Position numbers and translations under genes: made by a program. Positions 19,159 through 28,778 of a stretch of 64,000 nt of DNA are shown piece by piece; position 1 is the stretch's first letter; the number at the start of each line of letters is the position of its first letter. The notes beneath the pieces were generated by a model, which was given only the letters and a program-made list of their open reading frames with translations, did not search any database and was not told where the DNA came from. The DNA comes from an uncultured Acidobacteriota bacterium (GTDB taxonomy: Bacteria; Acidobacteriota; JAQAZP01). The DNA is taken from NCBI GenBank assembly GCA_963836075.1, contig CAWIIB010000008.1, positions 1 to 64,000 of the forward strand, read 5' to 3'.

Positions 19159-21741
19159 CTAGTCAATCGGGATCCCGGCGCGCTCGAGCAGCTCGACGTA
19201 GCGGGGGTCTGAGCGCAGGGAATCGAAGGTCGGCCAGACTTTGATCCATCGCATCAGGGGGTGACGTGACTCGTTGGCCCTGTCCAGCCATTCGAAAGCC
19301 TGATCATGCTCCCCGAAGAGGGCATGGATCGACGCCGTTTGGAATGGATCCGCGTAGGATGGATTCTCGGTGTCCCGCTCACGAAATAATTTGAAAGCCT
19401 CGTCGCGTCTCCCGGACAGGTAGTAAATCGCGACTTTGTCAAAGAACAGCCCCGTCTTCTCGCACTTTTCGAGCGCCTCTTCGTATCTCTCCATGAACGT
19501 GTAGTCAATCGCCATCTGATAATGGACCATCCACTCCGTGCGCGGGTCCGGAGCTTCGCGAAGAAGATCCAGTGTTCGTTCGTGCTGCTCCAGGGCCTCC
19601 TCGTACCGGCGGGCTATCAAGTAGGCCCACCCGAGCTGCAGGTTCGTCGTCGGTGTTAGAGGATCCAGCTCGAGCGCCCGTCGAGCATGCTGTAGACCCT
19701 CTTCGGTGCGTCCTGACAGCATCAAGTAGTGGGTGTATTGCCGGTGGATCCACGCATTGTTAGGGCTGCGCTCCAGAGCACGACGGAATTCCCGTTCGGG
19801 GCCGATCCAATCGTCCTCATGGAGGAACTTGATCAGCCCCAGGGCTCCATAGACTTCCCCGAGAGAGTCGTCCAGTTCCAGTGCCCTGATCGCTGCCGGA
19901 AGGGCCTTGGCAAGCACCTCTTCCGGAGAATACCAGGCTAAAGTCATGCTGTAGGCCTGCACAATTCCCGCATGGGCGGGAGCGAAATCGGCGTCTTTTG
20001 CAAGGGCTCGATTGAAGTGCTCCAGGGCCTTATCGGCGCCTTCTCTGCTCCAGTTGTTCGTCAGGGAATACATACCTCTCATGTACTCATCGTATACCTG
20101 GGGATCGACGTTCCGGACCCAGTCCAGGCGTTCCTCCTCCCGGGGGGTCAACTCGACCCGGATCTCCCGGGCGATGGTTCGGGCCACCTCGTTGCGCAGC
20201 ATCAGGATGTCACGAATATTTCGTTCGAAGCTCTCGCTCCAGATTTGCTGATCACGCGCCGGGTCGATCAGGCGCACGGTGATCCCCACCCGGTTGTTGA
20301 CGCGCACGATGGAGCCTTCCAGTACCGCATCCACGTTCAACACCTGGGCGATCTCCGGCAACGGCTGGTCCGACCCCTTGAAGCGCATCGCCGATGTCCG
20401 GGAAATGACGCGCAGAGCTCCGATCCGGCCCAGTTCGTGGGTCAGGGCCTCGGTCATCCCGGTGGCGAAGTACTCCTGGTTGGGATCGCCGGATTGGTTC
20501 TCCAGGGGAAGCACAGCAATCGACTCGATTCTGGGCGGGGTGATGAGCAGCGGTGAAAAATACCACAGGAGCGACAGCGCAGACAGCACGACGAGGGCGC
20601 CGGCCGTCCATGGCCAGGTTCTCTTTATCGACCGGAGGACGCGGGACGAGGGAAGCCGGGAACTGATCACTTCACCTGCCTGCTGGAGGTCATGGACGAG
20701 ATCGGCAGTACTCTGATAGCGATTGGCGGGATCCTTCTCCAGGCACCGTACCAGAATCCGCTCCAGTTGTGCAGGGACCCTGGGATTCAAGGCGGAGGCC
20801 GACGGTGCCTCGCGATTGATGATTGCGGCGAGGGTATCCATCGGTGTTTTTCCCCGGAAGGGAACACGCCCGGTGATCATCTCGAAGAGGATCACTCCAA
20901 AAGAAAACAGGTCGGAGCGCAGATCCACGACTTCGCCACGCGCCTGTTCGGGAGACATGTATGCCGCCGTCCCCAGGATCGAGCCCTCGAGGGTCAGGTC
21001 TTCGGAAATCGTTGGGGCCTCGGCCTCGCTCAGGGAGCAGTCTTCCTCGCGCAGGAATTTCGCCAGGCCGAAGTCGGCAATCTTGGGGCAGCCTTCGGCA
21101 TCGATGAGGATGTTCCCCGGCTTGAGATCGCGGTGAACGATGCGTGCGTTGTGCGCCCGCGCCAGGCCGGCGGCGATTTCGGAGGCGTAACCCAGAGCCT
21201 GAGGAATCGACAGCGGACCTTGGTCCAGGACACTTCGCAGCGTGCTCCCTGCGACCAATTCCATGGCGAGGAACGGTACGCCGTCCGCTTCATCCACCTC
21301 GTAGATGGTGACAATGTTGGAGTGCGTAACGGTTGCAGTGGCACGGGCCTCGCGTAAGAATCGTGCTCGCTGATCCGTATTCGCCACCAGGTTTGAGGAA
21401 AGAACCTTCAAGGCGACGTTTCGCCGCAGTTTTTCATCCTCGGCCTCGTAGACGACGCCCATGCCCCCTTCGCCGATCTTCCTGATGATGCGGTACCTCG
21501 CGATCTCTTCCGGGATGGGCGGTGCGTCACCATCGGGCTCGACAGCCGTTTCCGGTACCTTGCCGGCTTTCTGCAGGATCTCCGAAGATTCAGCACCATC
21601 GACCAGGAGTGACTCCGCTTCACGCCTCAGCTCCGGGTCGTCCCCGCACGCCTCGTCTAGGAACGCCTTCCGCTGCTCCACAGGGAGATCCGCCGCCTGG
21701 AGAAGGAGCGGCTTCAGTCGTGCGAATTTCTCGGGGTTCAC
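19159..21741 (-). CDS. Ser/Thr protein kinase with TM, TolB-like (IAVLPLEN) domain and TPR (kinase 3)
   Basis: GEGGMGVVY, HRDLKPGN, DFG; IESIAVLPLENQSGDPNQEYFATGMTEAL. GTG start at 21741 overlaps the kinase 4 stop (GTGA). Confidence 0.9.
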   Translation of the reverse strand: MNPEKFARLKPLLLQAADLPVEQRKAFLDEACGDDPELRREAESLLVDGAESSEILQKAGKVPETAVEPDGDAPPIPEEIARYRIIRKIGEGGMGVVYEAEDEKLRRNVALKVLSSNLVANTDQRARFLREARATATVTHSNIVTIYEVDEADGVPFLAMELVAGSTLRSVLDQGPLSIPQALGYASEIAAGLARAHNARIVHRDLKPGNILIDAEGCPKIADFGLAKFLREEDCSLSEAEAPTISEDLTLEGSILGTAAYMSPEQARGEVVDLRSDLFSFGVILFEMITGRVPFRGKTPMDTLAAIINREAPSASALNPRVPAQLERILVRCLEKDPANRYQSTADLVHDLQQAGEVISSRLPSSRVLRSIKRTWPWTAGALVVLSALSLLWYFSPLLITPPRIESIAVLPLENQSGDPNQEYFATGMTEALTHELGRIGALRVISRTSAMRFKGSDQPLPEIAQVLNVDAVLEGSIVRVNNRVGITVRLIDPARDQQIWSESFERNIRDILMLRNEVARTIAREIRVELTPREEERLDWVRNVDPQVYDEYMRGMYSLTNNWSREGADKALEHFNRALAKDADFAPAHAGIVQAYSMTLAWYSPEEVLAKALPAAIRALELDDSLGEVYGALGLIKFLHEDDWIGPEREFRRALERSPNNAWIHRQYTHYLMLSGRTEEGLQHARRALELDPLTPTTNLQLGWAYLIARRYEEALEQHERTLDLLREAPDPRTEWMVHYQMAIDYTFMERYEEALEKCEKTGLFFDKVAIYYLSGRRDEAFKLFRERDTENPSYADPFQTASIHALFGEHDQAFEWLDRANESRHPLMRWIKVWPTFDSLRSDPRYVELLERAGIPID

Positions 21742-21763
21742 GGGGCAGGACCTCCCGACAGCT
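21561..21763. repeat. 203-bp direct repeat, copy 1 (copy 2 at 24149-24351)
   Basis: Near-identical copies (two mismatches seen). Covers the ECF 3' end plus the ~60-codon kinase leader. Confidence 0.85.
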
Positions 21764-24329
21764 TCGCCCGCCACTGGGCGGCCTTCTCCGGCTTGTCCCA
21801 GGCGTCGTAGAGCCCTGCAAGTAGTCTGATTGTCCGCTCTGTCCACGTTTCGAATGCCCTTGTCTTTCGATCATACTCCTCGCTAAGGGCAGTCTCAAAT
21901 AACTCGTGCGATTCGAGCAGTGCGTTCTCAGCTTCGTCGTGCCGCTCCATTTTTGCCAGGCACCTGCCATGGAGACAGAGGGCAACACCAAGATGTCCAA
22001 TCCTATCCTTCATTCTATTCCTCAACGATGCCCTTGCTGCTGCAACGTATGAGGCGAAAATTGGTTCTCCCTCGTCGTAGCGGCCCTGTTTGTAGTAGAG
22101 TTCGGCCAGGTTTCTCAGGGAATTCATCGTCTGATCGTGCTTCTCGCCCAGTACCTGTCGGCGGAGATCGAGCGTCCGAACATACAGTAGTTCAGCTTCT
22201 TCAAGCCGGCCCTGCCCTTCATACATGCAGGCCAGATCTTTCATGACGTTTAGCGTCAGCCAAGTCTCCTCGCCCAGTACACGACGGCAGAGTTCCAGAG
22301 TCCGCAGGAGAAGCGGCTCGGCCTCGTCATATCGGCCCAGGCGACGATAATGCTCTCCCAGGTTGTTCATGACGTGCAGCGTATCCGGGTGTTTCTCGCC
22401 CAAATCCCGCTTCCGGAGTTCAAGCGCCCGCACGAAGAGCGGTTCGGACTCGTCATACCGGCCCTGGTTGTCGACCACGATAGCCAGAAAGTGCATGGAA
22501 TTCAGAGTATCCGGGTGCTCCTCGCCCAGCACTCGGCGGCGGAGTTCAAGTGTTTGATTGAATAGAAGTTCGGCATTCTCATTCTGGCCCCGGGAAAAGT
22601 ACAGGTTGCCCCTCCCTTCCATGAAGCTCATCGTGAGAGGATGCTCCTCACCCAGAACGCGGCGGCTGAGTTCGAGTCCCCTCACGAGAAGCGGTTCGGC
22701 CTCGTCAATGCGGCTCTGTCTACGATATAGCTTACCCAAGTTGCCCATGGATTCCAGCGTATCCGGGTGCTCCTCGCCCAGTTCCCGCTTCCGGAGCTCG
22801 AGCGCGGCCTCCAGATGCGGTTCGGCGGTGGGATACTTTCCCAGCGCCCAGTAGGTTCTGCCGATCGTCGTGTGGAGGGTGGCCTCGACCAGTGGCTGAC
22901 CGGTGAAGGCTGTGTCGATGTCTTTCGCGGCCTTGTCCAGCATCTCCCTGACAGTCACTTCGCTACCCTGGGCCTTGGACGGATCCACCGCGGCCAGTGC
23001 CTCGCTGAGGAATTCGGTCATTGCCTCGGCCTCGGAGCGGCGCTTCTCCGCCTCCTGTTCCGCGGCCAGCGCCCGGTCCTCTGAGGCCAGTGCCCTGTCC
23101 CGCTCCCGCTCGGCTTTGAGATACATTCCGCTGCTCACCACCAGGCCCACCGCCAGCACCACAAAGATGGCGGTCAGGGCTCCGAAGAGCGCCTTGTGGC
23201 GCCGGGCAAAGATCCGCAGCTGGTAGACGATGCTCGGCGGCCGGCCGACGATCGCCTCGCCGGCAAGATAGCGCCGGATGTCCTGGGCCAGCTCTACTGC
23301 CGACTGGTAGCGGCGCTCACGCTCCTTTTCCAGGGCCTTTAGAGCAATGGTCTCCACGTCGCCTCTGAGTTTCTTGCTGATCGTGCTTGGTCGTGTCGGC
23401 TGCTCCTCGCGGATCACCCGGGTCACCTCGTGAAAGGCCTTCTTCCTCACGTCGTAGGGCAGCCGGCCGCAGAGCAGCTCATATTGCACAACACCCAGGG
23501 CGTAGACGTCACTCCGGGTGTCGATGTCGTGGGGGTCGGCCTCGCACTGCTCCGGTGACATGTACTGCAGGGTGCCGATCAACTGGCCCACGTCGGTCTG
23601 CAGGGTGGTCAGGGCCATGTCCGAGTCGGTGGAACGGGCCACGCCGAAGTCGATGACCTTCACCTGTCCCTGGGGGCCCACCAGGATGTTGCCCGGCTTG
23701 AGATCACGGTGGATGATCCCCTTCTGGTGGCCGTGGTGCACGGCGTCACAGACCTGGGCAAAGAGCTGCATGCGCTCCCGGGTGCCCAGCTTCTTCTTCT
23801 CTGCGTACTCGGTGACGGGCAGGGCATTTGGGACATACTCCATGGCAAAGTAGGGTATTGGCCCGCTGCCGTCGTCGTGGGTGCCCGCCTCGTAGACCTG
23901 GGCGATACCGGGATGCTGCAGCCGGGCCAGGAGCTGGGATTCGTATTCGAAGCGGCGAAGGGCGCTGCTGGAGGCGATGCCGGACTTCATCACTTTGAGG
24001 GCCACGGTGCGCCTCGGTTTCTCCTGCAGCGCCTCGTAGACCACACCCATGCCGCCCGCGGCGATGACCCGCTTGATTGTGTATTGACCGATCTTTTTGG
24101 GGAGGGGAGGGGAGTCACCTTCGGGCTCGACTGCTGTATCCGTCATCCTGCCGGCTTTCTGCAGGATCTCCGAAGATTCAGCACCATCGGCCAGGAGTGA
24201 CTCCGCTTCACGCCTCAGCTCCGGGTCGTCCCCGCACGCCTCGTCTAGGAACGCCTTCCGCTGCTCCACAGGGAGATCCGCCGCCTGGAGAAGGAGCGGC
24301 TTCAGTCGTGCGAATTTCTCGGGGTTCAC
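21738..24329 (-). CDS. Membrane Ser/Thr protein kinase with TPR ectodomain (kinase 4)
   Basis: Kinase domain almost identical to kinases 1 and 2; LGEEHP repeats; ends in the ECF-derived tail LSGGPAP. Confidence 0.92.
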   Translation of the reverse strand: MNPEKFARLKPLLLQAADLPVEQRKAFLDEACGDDPELRREAESLLADGAESSEILQKAGRMTDTAVEPEGDSPPLPKKIGQYTIKRVIAAGGMGVVYEALQEKPRRTVALKVMKSGIASSSALRRFEYESQLLARLQHPGIAQVYEAGTHDDGSGPIPYFAMEYVPNALPVTEYAEKKKLGTRERMQLFAQVCDAVHHGHQKGIIHRDLKPGNILVGPQGQVKVIDFGVARSTDSDMALTTLQTDVGQLIGTLQYMSPEQCEADPHDIDTRSDVYALGVVQYELLCGRLPYDVRKKAFHEVTRVIREEQPTRPSTISKKLRGDVETIALKALEKERERRYQSAVELAQDIRRYLAGEAIVGRPPSIVYQLRIFARRHKALFGALTAIFVVLAVGLVVSSGMYLKAERERDRALASEDRALAAEQEAEKRRSEAEAMTEFLSEALAAVDPSKAQGSEVTVREMLDKAAKDIDTAFTGQPLVEATLHTTIGRTYWALGKYPTAEPHLEAALELRKRELGEEHPDTLESMGNLGKLYRRQSRIDEAEPLLVRGLELSRRVLGEEHPLTMSFMEGRGNLYFSRGQNENAELLFNQTLELRRRVLGEEHPDTLNSMHFLAIVVDNQGRYDESEPLFVRALELRKRDLGEKHPDTLHVMNNLGEHYRRLGRYDEAEPLLLRTLELCRRVLGEETWLTLNVMKDLACMYEGQGRLEEAELLYVRTLDLRRQVLGEKHDQTMNSLRNLAELYYKQGRYDEGEPIFASYVAAARASLRNRMKDRIGHLGVALCLHGRCLAKMERHDEAENALLESHELFETALSEEYDRKTRAFETWTERTIRLLAGLYDAWDKPEKAAQWRAKLSGGPAP

Positions 24330-24351
24330 GGGGCAGGTCCTCCCGACAGCT
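24149..24351. repeat. 203-bp direct repeat, copy 2
   Basis: Matches 21561-21763 at an offset of 2588 bp. Confidence 0.85.
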
Positions 24352-24913
24352 CACGACGCAGCCAAATTTTGGCCACCCGCCAGTCCTCGTGAACCGTTCG
24401 CTCGGAAACACCGAGCACAAAAGCCGCCTCCACAACGGTCATCCCGGCAAATACGCGAAGCTCCACCACCTGGGCCATGCGCTCATCCAACCTGGCGAGG
24501 CTGGTCAGTGCCCTGTCGAGTTCAAGGACTGTGACGTCTTTTTTGGTTCCCACTGCCAGCTTGTCGTCAAGCGTCACTTTCTGACCGCCGCCGCCCCGTT
24601 TGGCTGCCGAGCGGTTGCGCTCGTGGTTCATCAGAATCTGTCGCATGGCCCGGGCGGCGGTCCTGAAGAAGTGGGCCCGGTCCTGCCAGTCGGTGCGGGT
24701 CTGGTCCACGAGCCGGAGATATGCCTCGTGAACGATTGCCGTTGGCTGCAGAGTGTGGTCGACGCGCTGCAGGTGCATCAGGTCAGTGGCGACGCGGTGC
24801 AGCTCGTTGTAGACGTGTTCGAAGAGCCGATCGGTGTATTCACGCCGGCCGGCTTCATCAGCCTGGAGGGCGAGAAGGATCCCGGTGATTTCTGATTGGG
24901 CGGATTCGGTCAT
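24326..24913 (-). CDS. ECF sigma factor of the Ser/Thr-kinase-associated type (paralog of 6116-6703)
   Basis: Same motifs and same 195-aa length; GTGA overlap with kinase 4. Confidence 0.9.
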   Translation of the reverse strand: MTESAQSEITGILLALQADEAGRREYTDRLFEHVYNELHRVATDLMHLQRVDHTLQPTAIVHEAYLRLVDQTRTDWQDRAHFFRTAARAMRQILMNHERNRSAAKRGGGGQKVTLDDKLAVGTKKDVTVLELDRALTSLARLDERMAQVVELRVFAGMTVVEAAFVLGVSERTVHEDWRVAKIWLRRELSGGPAP

Positions 24914-24978
24914 GGGACCACCTTTTCACTATTATCCACATTTTTGCCTGATGTCCAATGGCGTCGCTGCACTTTCGT

Positions 24979-25017
24979 TGCAGGTTTTCTCTGAAAACCG
25001 GGTTTTTATAAGTGGAG
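24979..25017 (+). promoter_or_regulatory. Conserved 39-bp element, candidate ECF promoter (copy C)
   Basis: TGCAGGTTT...GGTTTTTATAAGTGGAG; same spacing as copies A and B despite a much shorter intergenic region. Confidence 0.5.
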
Positions 25018-25090
25018 AAGGGCAAATCGTAGAGGGATTGGCGGACCCGTAATCTTCATTTCTCACAACCCATTGAGAAGGAGGTATGTC

Positions 25091-26969
25091 ATGAAACACG
25101 TACTGGTTTTTCTATTCCTCATGGTCTTTCCGGTTGCCGGTATGGCGGCCACAATCCACGTCCCCGGTGATCAGCCAACCATTCAGGCAGGGCATCGATG
25201 CCGCCGTGAACGGGGACACGGTGCTGGTGGCGCCGGGAACCTATGTCGAGAACATCGACTTCATCGGCAAGGCGATCACGGTGATCAGCGAGCAGGGGCC
25301 GGAAGTGACGATCATCGATGGTGGCAGTCCGTCCATCCCCGACATCGGCAGCGTCGTGACTTTTGAAAACGGTGAAGGACCGGACTCGAGTCTGGAAGGG
25401 TTCACCCTGACCAATGGCACCGGCAGCCTTTTCCCCGGCCAGGGTTATAACGGAGGAGGCGTTTTCACACATTTTTCCTCCCCGACCATAACCGGGAACA
25501 TCATCACCGGTAACCTGTTGCTCTATGACTACAGCCATGGTGGGGGAATCTTCGCCAATAATGCATCCCCCACGATTACCGGCAACACGATCCACGGGAA
25601 CCAAGCCGCTGCCGGAGGGGGAATCGACTTCCAGTACAACTGTTTCTCGATTGTCGCCGACAACACGATCACTGAAAATACGAGTCCGTATTTTGGTGCC
25701 GGGATAACGGTCAGCTATGACTGTGACCCGGTGATCAGCAACAACATCATTGAACAGAATGTGGTTGATGAATACGGAGGTGGAATCCTGGTCGGAATAA
25801 ATTGTTCACCGACGATCACCGGCAACACGATCAAACTGAACTCGGCCGATCTAAGCGGTGGTGGGATTTTCATCCAGTACGACTGTCACCCGGTGATCAC
25901 CGGCAACACGATCGACGATAACTCGGCCTCACTTGGCAGTGGTGGTGGAATATACCTCCAGGACAACTGTCATCCGGAGATCACGAATAATACCATCACC
26001 AACAATTCAGCTGTTAGTTGGGGCGGTGGATTGTATTGCGCCGGTGGTGATGGCATTCAAGCTCCAACGGTAACCAACAATCTCTTCATCGGGAACTGGG
26101 CAGACGAGGGCGGCGGGGCGATAAGCTGCAACGTGTTTGACTCAATGACTCTCAGCAATAACACGATTACCGGGAATTCATCAATAACCTATGGCGGAGG
26201 TGTCGAGTGCTATCAGTCCACACTGGTGATGATCAACACAATCTGCTGGAACAACACTGCTCCCACCGGACCTGAAATCTGGGTCGGCGACACTGTTCAA
26301 CCTTCCACCCTGACCATCAGTTTCTCTGATGTTGATGGCGGGATGGACTCTGTGCGAGTATTCCCGGGCTGCACCCTCAACTGGGGCGCAGGGATGATCG
26401 ATGCGGATCCGATCTTCGTGACCGGGCCTGACGGTGACTGCTATCTCAGCCAGGTGGCTGCCGGGCAACTTACTGACAGCCCCTGCGTGAACACGGGGAA
26501 TCCGTTCTCTCCGATGATCGTCGGGACGACCCGCACCGACTGTATTTGTGATGAGGACCGGGTGGACATGGGCTATCACTACGCCATTCCGGACACCCTC
26601 GTCGATACGGTCACTGCGGAACTCAGCTGCGTTCCCGATTCGGGTGTCCTTCCCCTCTCCACTCAGTTCAGCGTGACGCTGGGCAACCTCGTCGAGCACG
26701 AAAGAACGGTGGCCGGACGGATCGACCTGACCACTGCCGGCGGTGCGACCTATCAGAGCTGGCGGGCGGGATTCACCAACCTTGGTCCAAGCGAGACATT
26801 CGTCACCTCCTGGATGCAGACACTGCCGGCGCTGGGAAGCCTGGTGGGGGCCAATGTCTTCGAGCTTTACGCCGAAGACGTAACGCCGCCTCCCTACAAC
26901 CAGCCTCCCTATCCGCCGGCGGGTGACACCGACACCTCCACGGTTACCGTGACGGCGATGACGCCATAG
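25091..26969 (+). CDS. Secreted parallel beta-helix repeat protein (copy 4; frameshift near 25190) with C-terminal 'PYNQPPY' domain
   Basis: AAGGAGG RBS and MKHVLVFLFLMVFPVAGMA signal peptide in one frame; the body continues in ORF 25134-26969; one extra base relative to the paralogs. Confidence 0.85.
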
Positions 26970-26983
26970 TCAGCCCACATGGC

Positions 26984-27019
26984 AGCGGGAGGGGATCAGG
27001 TTGATTCCCCTCCCGCTTT
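26984..27019 (+). terminator. Intrinsic terminator-like hairpin
   Basis: AGCGGGAGGGGATCA-ggt-TGATTCCCCTCCCGCT followed by a pyrimidine run. Confidence 0.65.
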
Positions 27020-27127
27020 CCTTTCTCGCTGCTTGCCCATGGTTTCAAGTCCTGCCGCCCGTGATGATTCCCGCTTTGTGGCGATCGTCAACCGGTGGCA
27101 CGGCATCTATCATCAGGGGGTGAAGAA

Positions 27128-28180
27128 CTACGGCGGTCTCTGAGTCGTTGGTTGCTCAACTTGATCCAGGATCTCTAATACCCGTTTGATGAAAAACGGT
27201 ATGAGTGCTTCACCGGTGTGGGCGGACTCGTTTCCGAACATGAACTCGAGGCCGCTCCGTTCAAACTGATCGACAACGGAACGCTTGAGCACACGCCGCA
27301 GGGCCGATGCCTGCGCCAGGGCCGATTCATCGGCCAGGCGGGGCCGAAGGAGAAAGAGCCAGACCTGCTCCAGTGCGCTGAACAGCCGAGCCCAGACGAC
27401 CCAGCCGGGGATCGGCGTTTCAACGAGGAACATGCTCTTCCACGTATCCGGCACCAGCTTATAGTAGCGGCGACGCCCTTCGGTCCGTGAAACCAGGAAA
27501 CCGGACCGGCCCATTTCGGCCAGCGCCTTGCTCACCGTTGCCGGGAAATAATAACAGTCCCTGGCCATGGCCCGGGGAGACCCGCGGTCGTTCAGCAGCA
27601 GAAACTGCAGAATCTCGCAGCGGGCATTCACGCCAAGCAGGGCCCTCAGACGGATCAGGAGATTGGTCGGCGGCTCGGGCCGGAACGGCATGGCGTCGCC
27701 ATCCCATTCGTAGTGATCTCGAAGATAGCCGTACTCCGCGAATCTGGGATCAGGCTCTCGGACCACCGGCAGGGGCGACCCGTCGGCAAGATAGAAGAGC
27801 GACTCTCCATCACCTTGTCTCCCTTTCACCTTCCCTGCCAGCACTGCCCACTTGGCCTGCTCGGTGGACGTGGAAACCACATCAGCAATGGCTCCGAGAA
27901 CCTGCACGCCGGTAAACACTTCCTCTTTCACCATCCGCCTGATCCGCTGCACGTTGATGAATCGCCCGTTGGCCTTCAGCCACGCCAGCACAGTGTCAAA
28001 AAGCCGCGCGTCATGACGGCCGACCGTGCACGAGAAGAGCAGCAGGGCGTCCGGATCAATGACACTGCCGGACCAGGGTTGGACATGGCCCGTCACCCCC
28101 AGGGCAACCCACTGCCGCCACACCAGGCCGAGCAGCCGCTCACCAAATTCTTGCCTAAAGTCTGTCAGCAGGTTCCGCAT
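27128..28180 (-). CDS. Hypothetical protein with an internal winged-HTH; partner of the DUF6036-like NTase
   Basis: LRALLGVNARCEILQFLL..SPRAMARDCYYFPATVSKALAEM..GRRRYYKL resembles an ArsR/MarR-type wHTH. Overlaps the upstream gene. Confidence 0.6.
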   Translation of the reverse strand: MRNLLTDFRQEFGERLLGLVWRQWVALGVTGHVQPWSGSVIDPDALLLFSCTVGRHDARLFDTVLAWLKANGRFINVQRIRRMVKEEVFTGVQVLGAIADVVSTSTEQAKWAVLAGKVKGRQGDGESLFYLADGSPLPVVREPDPRFAEYGYLRDHYEWDGDAMPFRPEPPTNLLIRLRALLGVNARCEILQFLLLNDRGSPRAMARDCYYFPATVSKALAEMGRSGFLVSRTEGRRRYYKLVPDTWKSMFLVETPIPGWVVWARLFSALEQVWLFLLRPRLADESALAQASALRRVLKRSVVDQFERSGLEFMFGNESAHTGEALIPFFIKRVLEILDQVEQPTTQRPP

Positions 28181-28778
28181 AACCGAGCTTTCGCAGAAGA
28201 TTTTTAAGGATCAGTTTGAACGCGTCTGAGACATCGTGGGTCATCGCCCAGCGAGCCGCTGCCGTAATCTCTTCATCCGTGGGGCTGAGCGCCTGCAAGT
28301 CGGCAATGTGGTACCCGCCGCGATCGGCCGCGGCGTAAAGCTTGAAATGGATCTGGTCCAGGCGATCGATGAAGTGAACCGTCAGGCGGGCCCCGTAGCG
28401 TCGGCTGTGCAGGCGCTCCGCCAACCCGGCCGGGAGGCCCATCTGGAACAATCCGCCCTCACCCCGGCTCGGGCCGTTATTGAGCCAGTCCCGGGAGATC
28501 CCCAGGTCCTCGGCCACTTCGACGGCCGCTTTTCGGAGAGCCTCAGGCAGCGGATCAGGCGAGAGAAGCACTCCGGAAGACACGAGGGCAACGATGTCCA
28601 CATCCTTCGTTGTCCGGGATATCAACTCACTTAGGATCAGGGCCGATCCGCCGCAGATGACGATTTCGAGCGGTCCGGAGTCATTTTCTCCCAACCGTAT
28701 GGAGAGCGATTGGAGGGTTTGTTCAAGGGATTGGCCATCCAGGTTGCCTTCTGAGATAGGTATATTGCTTGCAGTCAT
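28155..28778 (-). CDS. DUF6036-like nucleotidyltransferase
   Basis: IVICGGSAL..RTTKDVDIV (GG + DxD), WLNNGP and QIHFKLYA motifs. Confidence 0.7.
   Translation of the reverse strand: MTASNIPISEGNLDGQSLEQTLQSLSIRLGENDSGPLEIVICGGSALILSELISRTTKDVDIVALVSSGVLLSPDPLPEALRKAAVEVAEDLGISRDWLNNGPSRGEGGLFQMGLPAGLAERLHSRRYGARLTVHFIDRLDQIHFKLYAAADRGGYHIADLQALSPTDEEITAAARWAMTHDVSDAFKLILKNLLRKLGYAEPADRL

Noticed and set aside
1-26969. Diversity-generating retroelement acting on the paralogous genes
   Set aside because: No reverse transcriptase in the window and no template/variable repeat pair with adenine-specific differences was seen.
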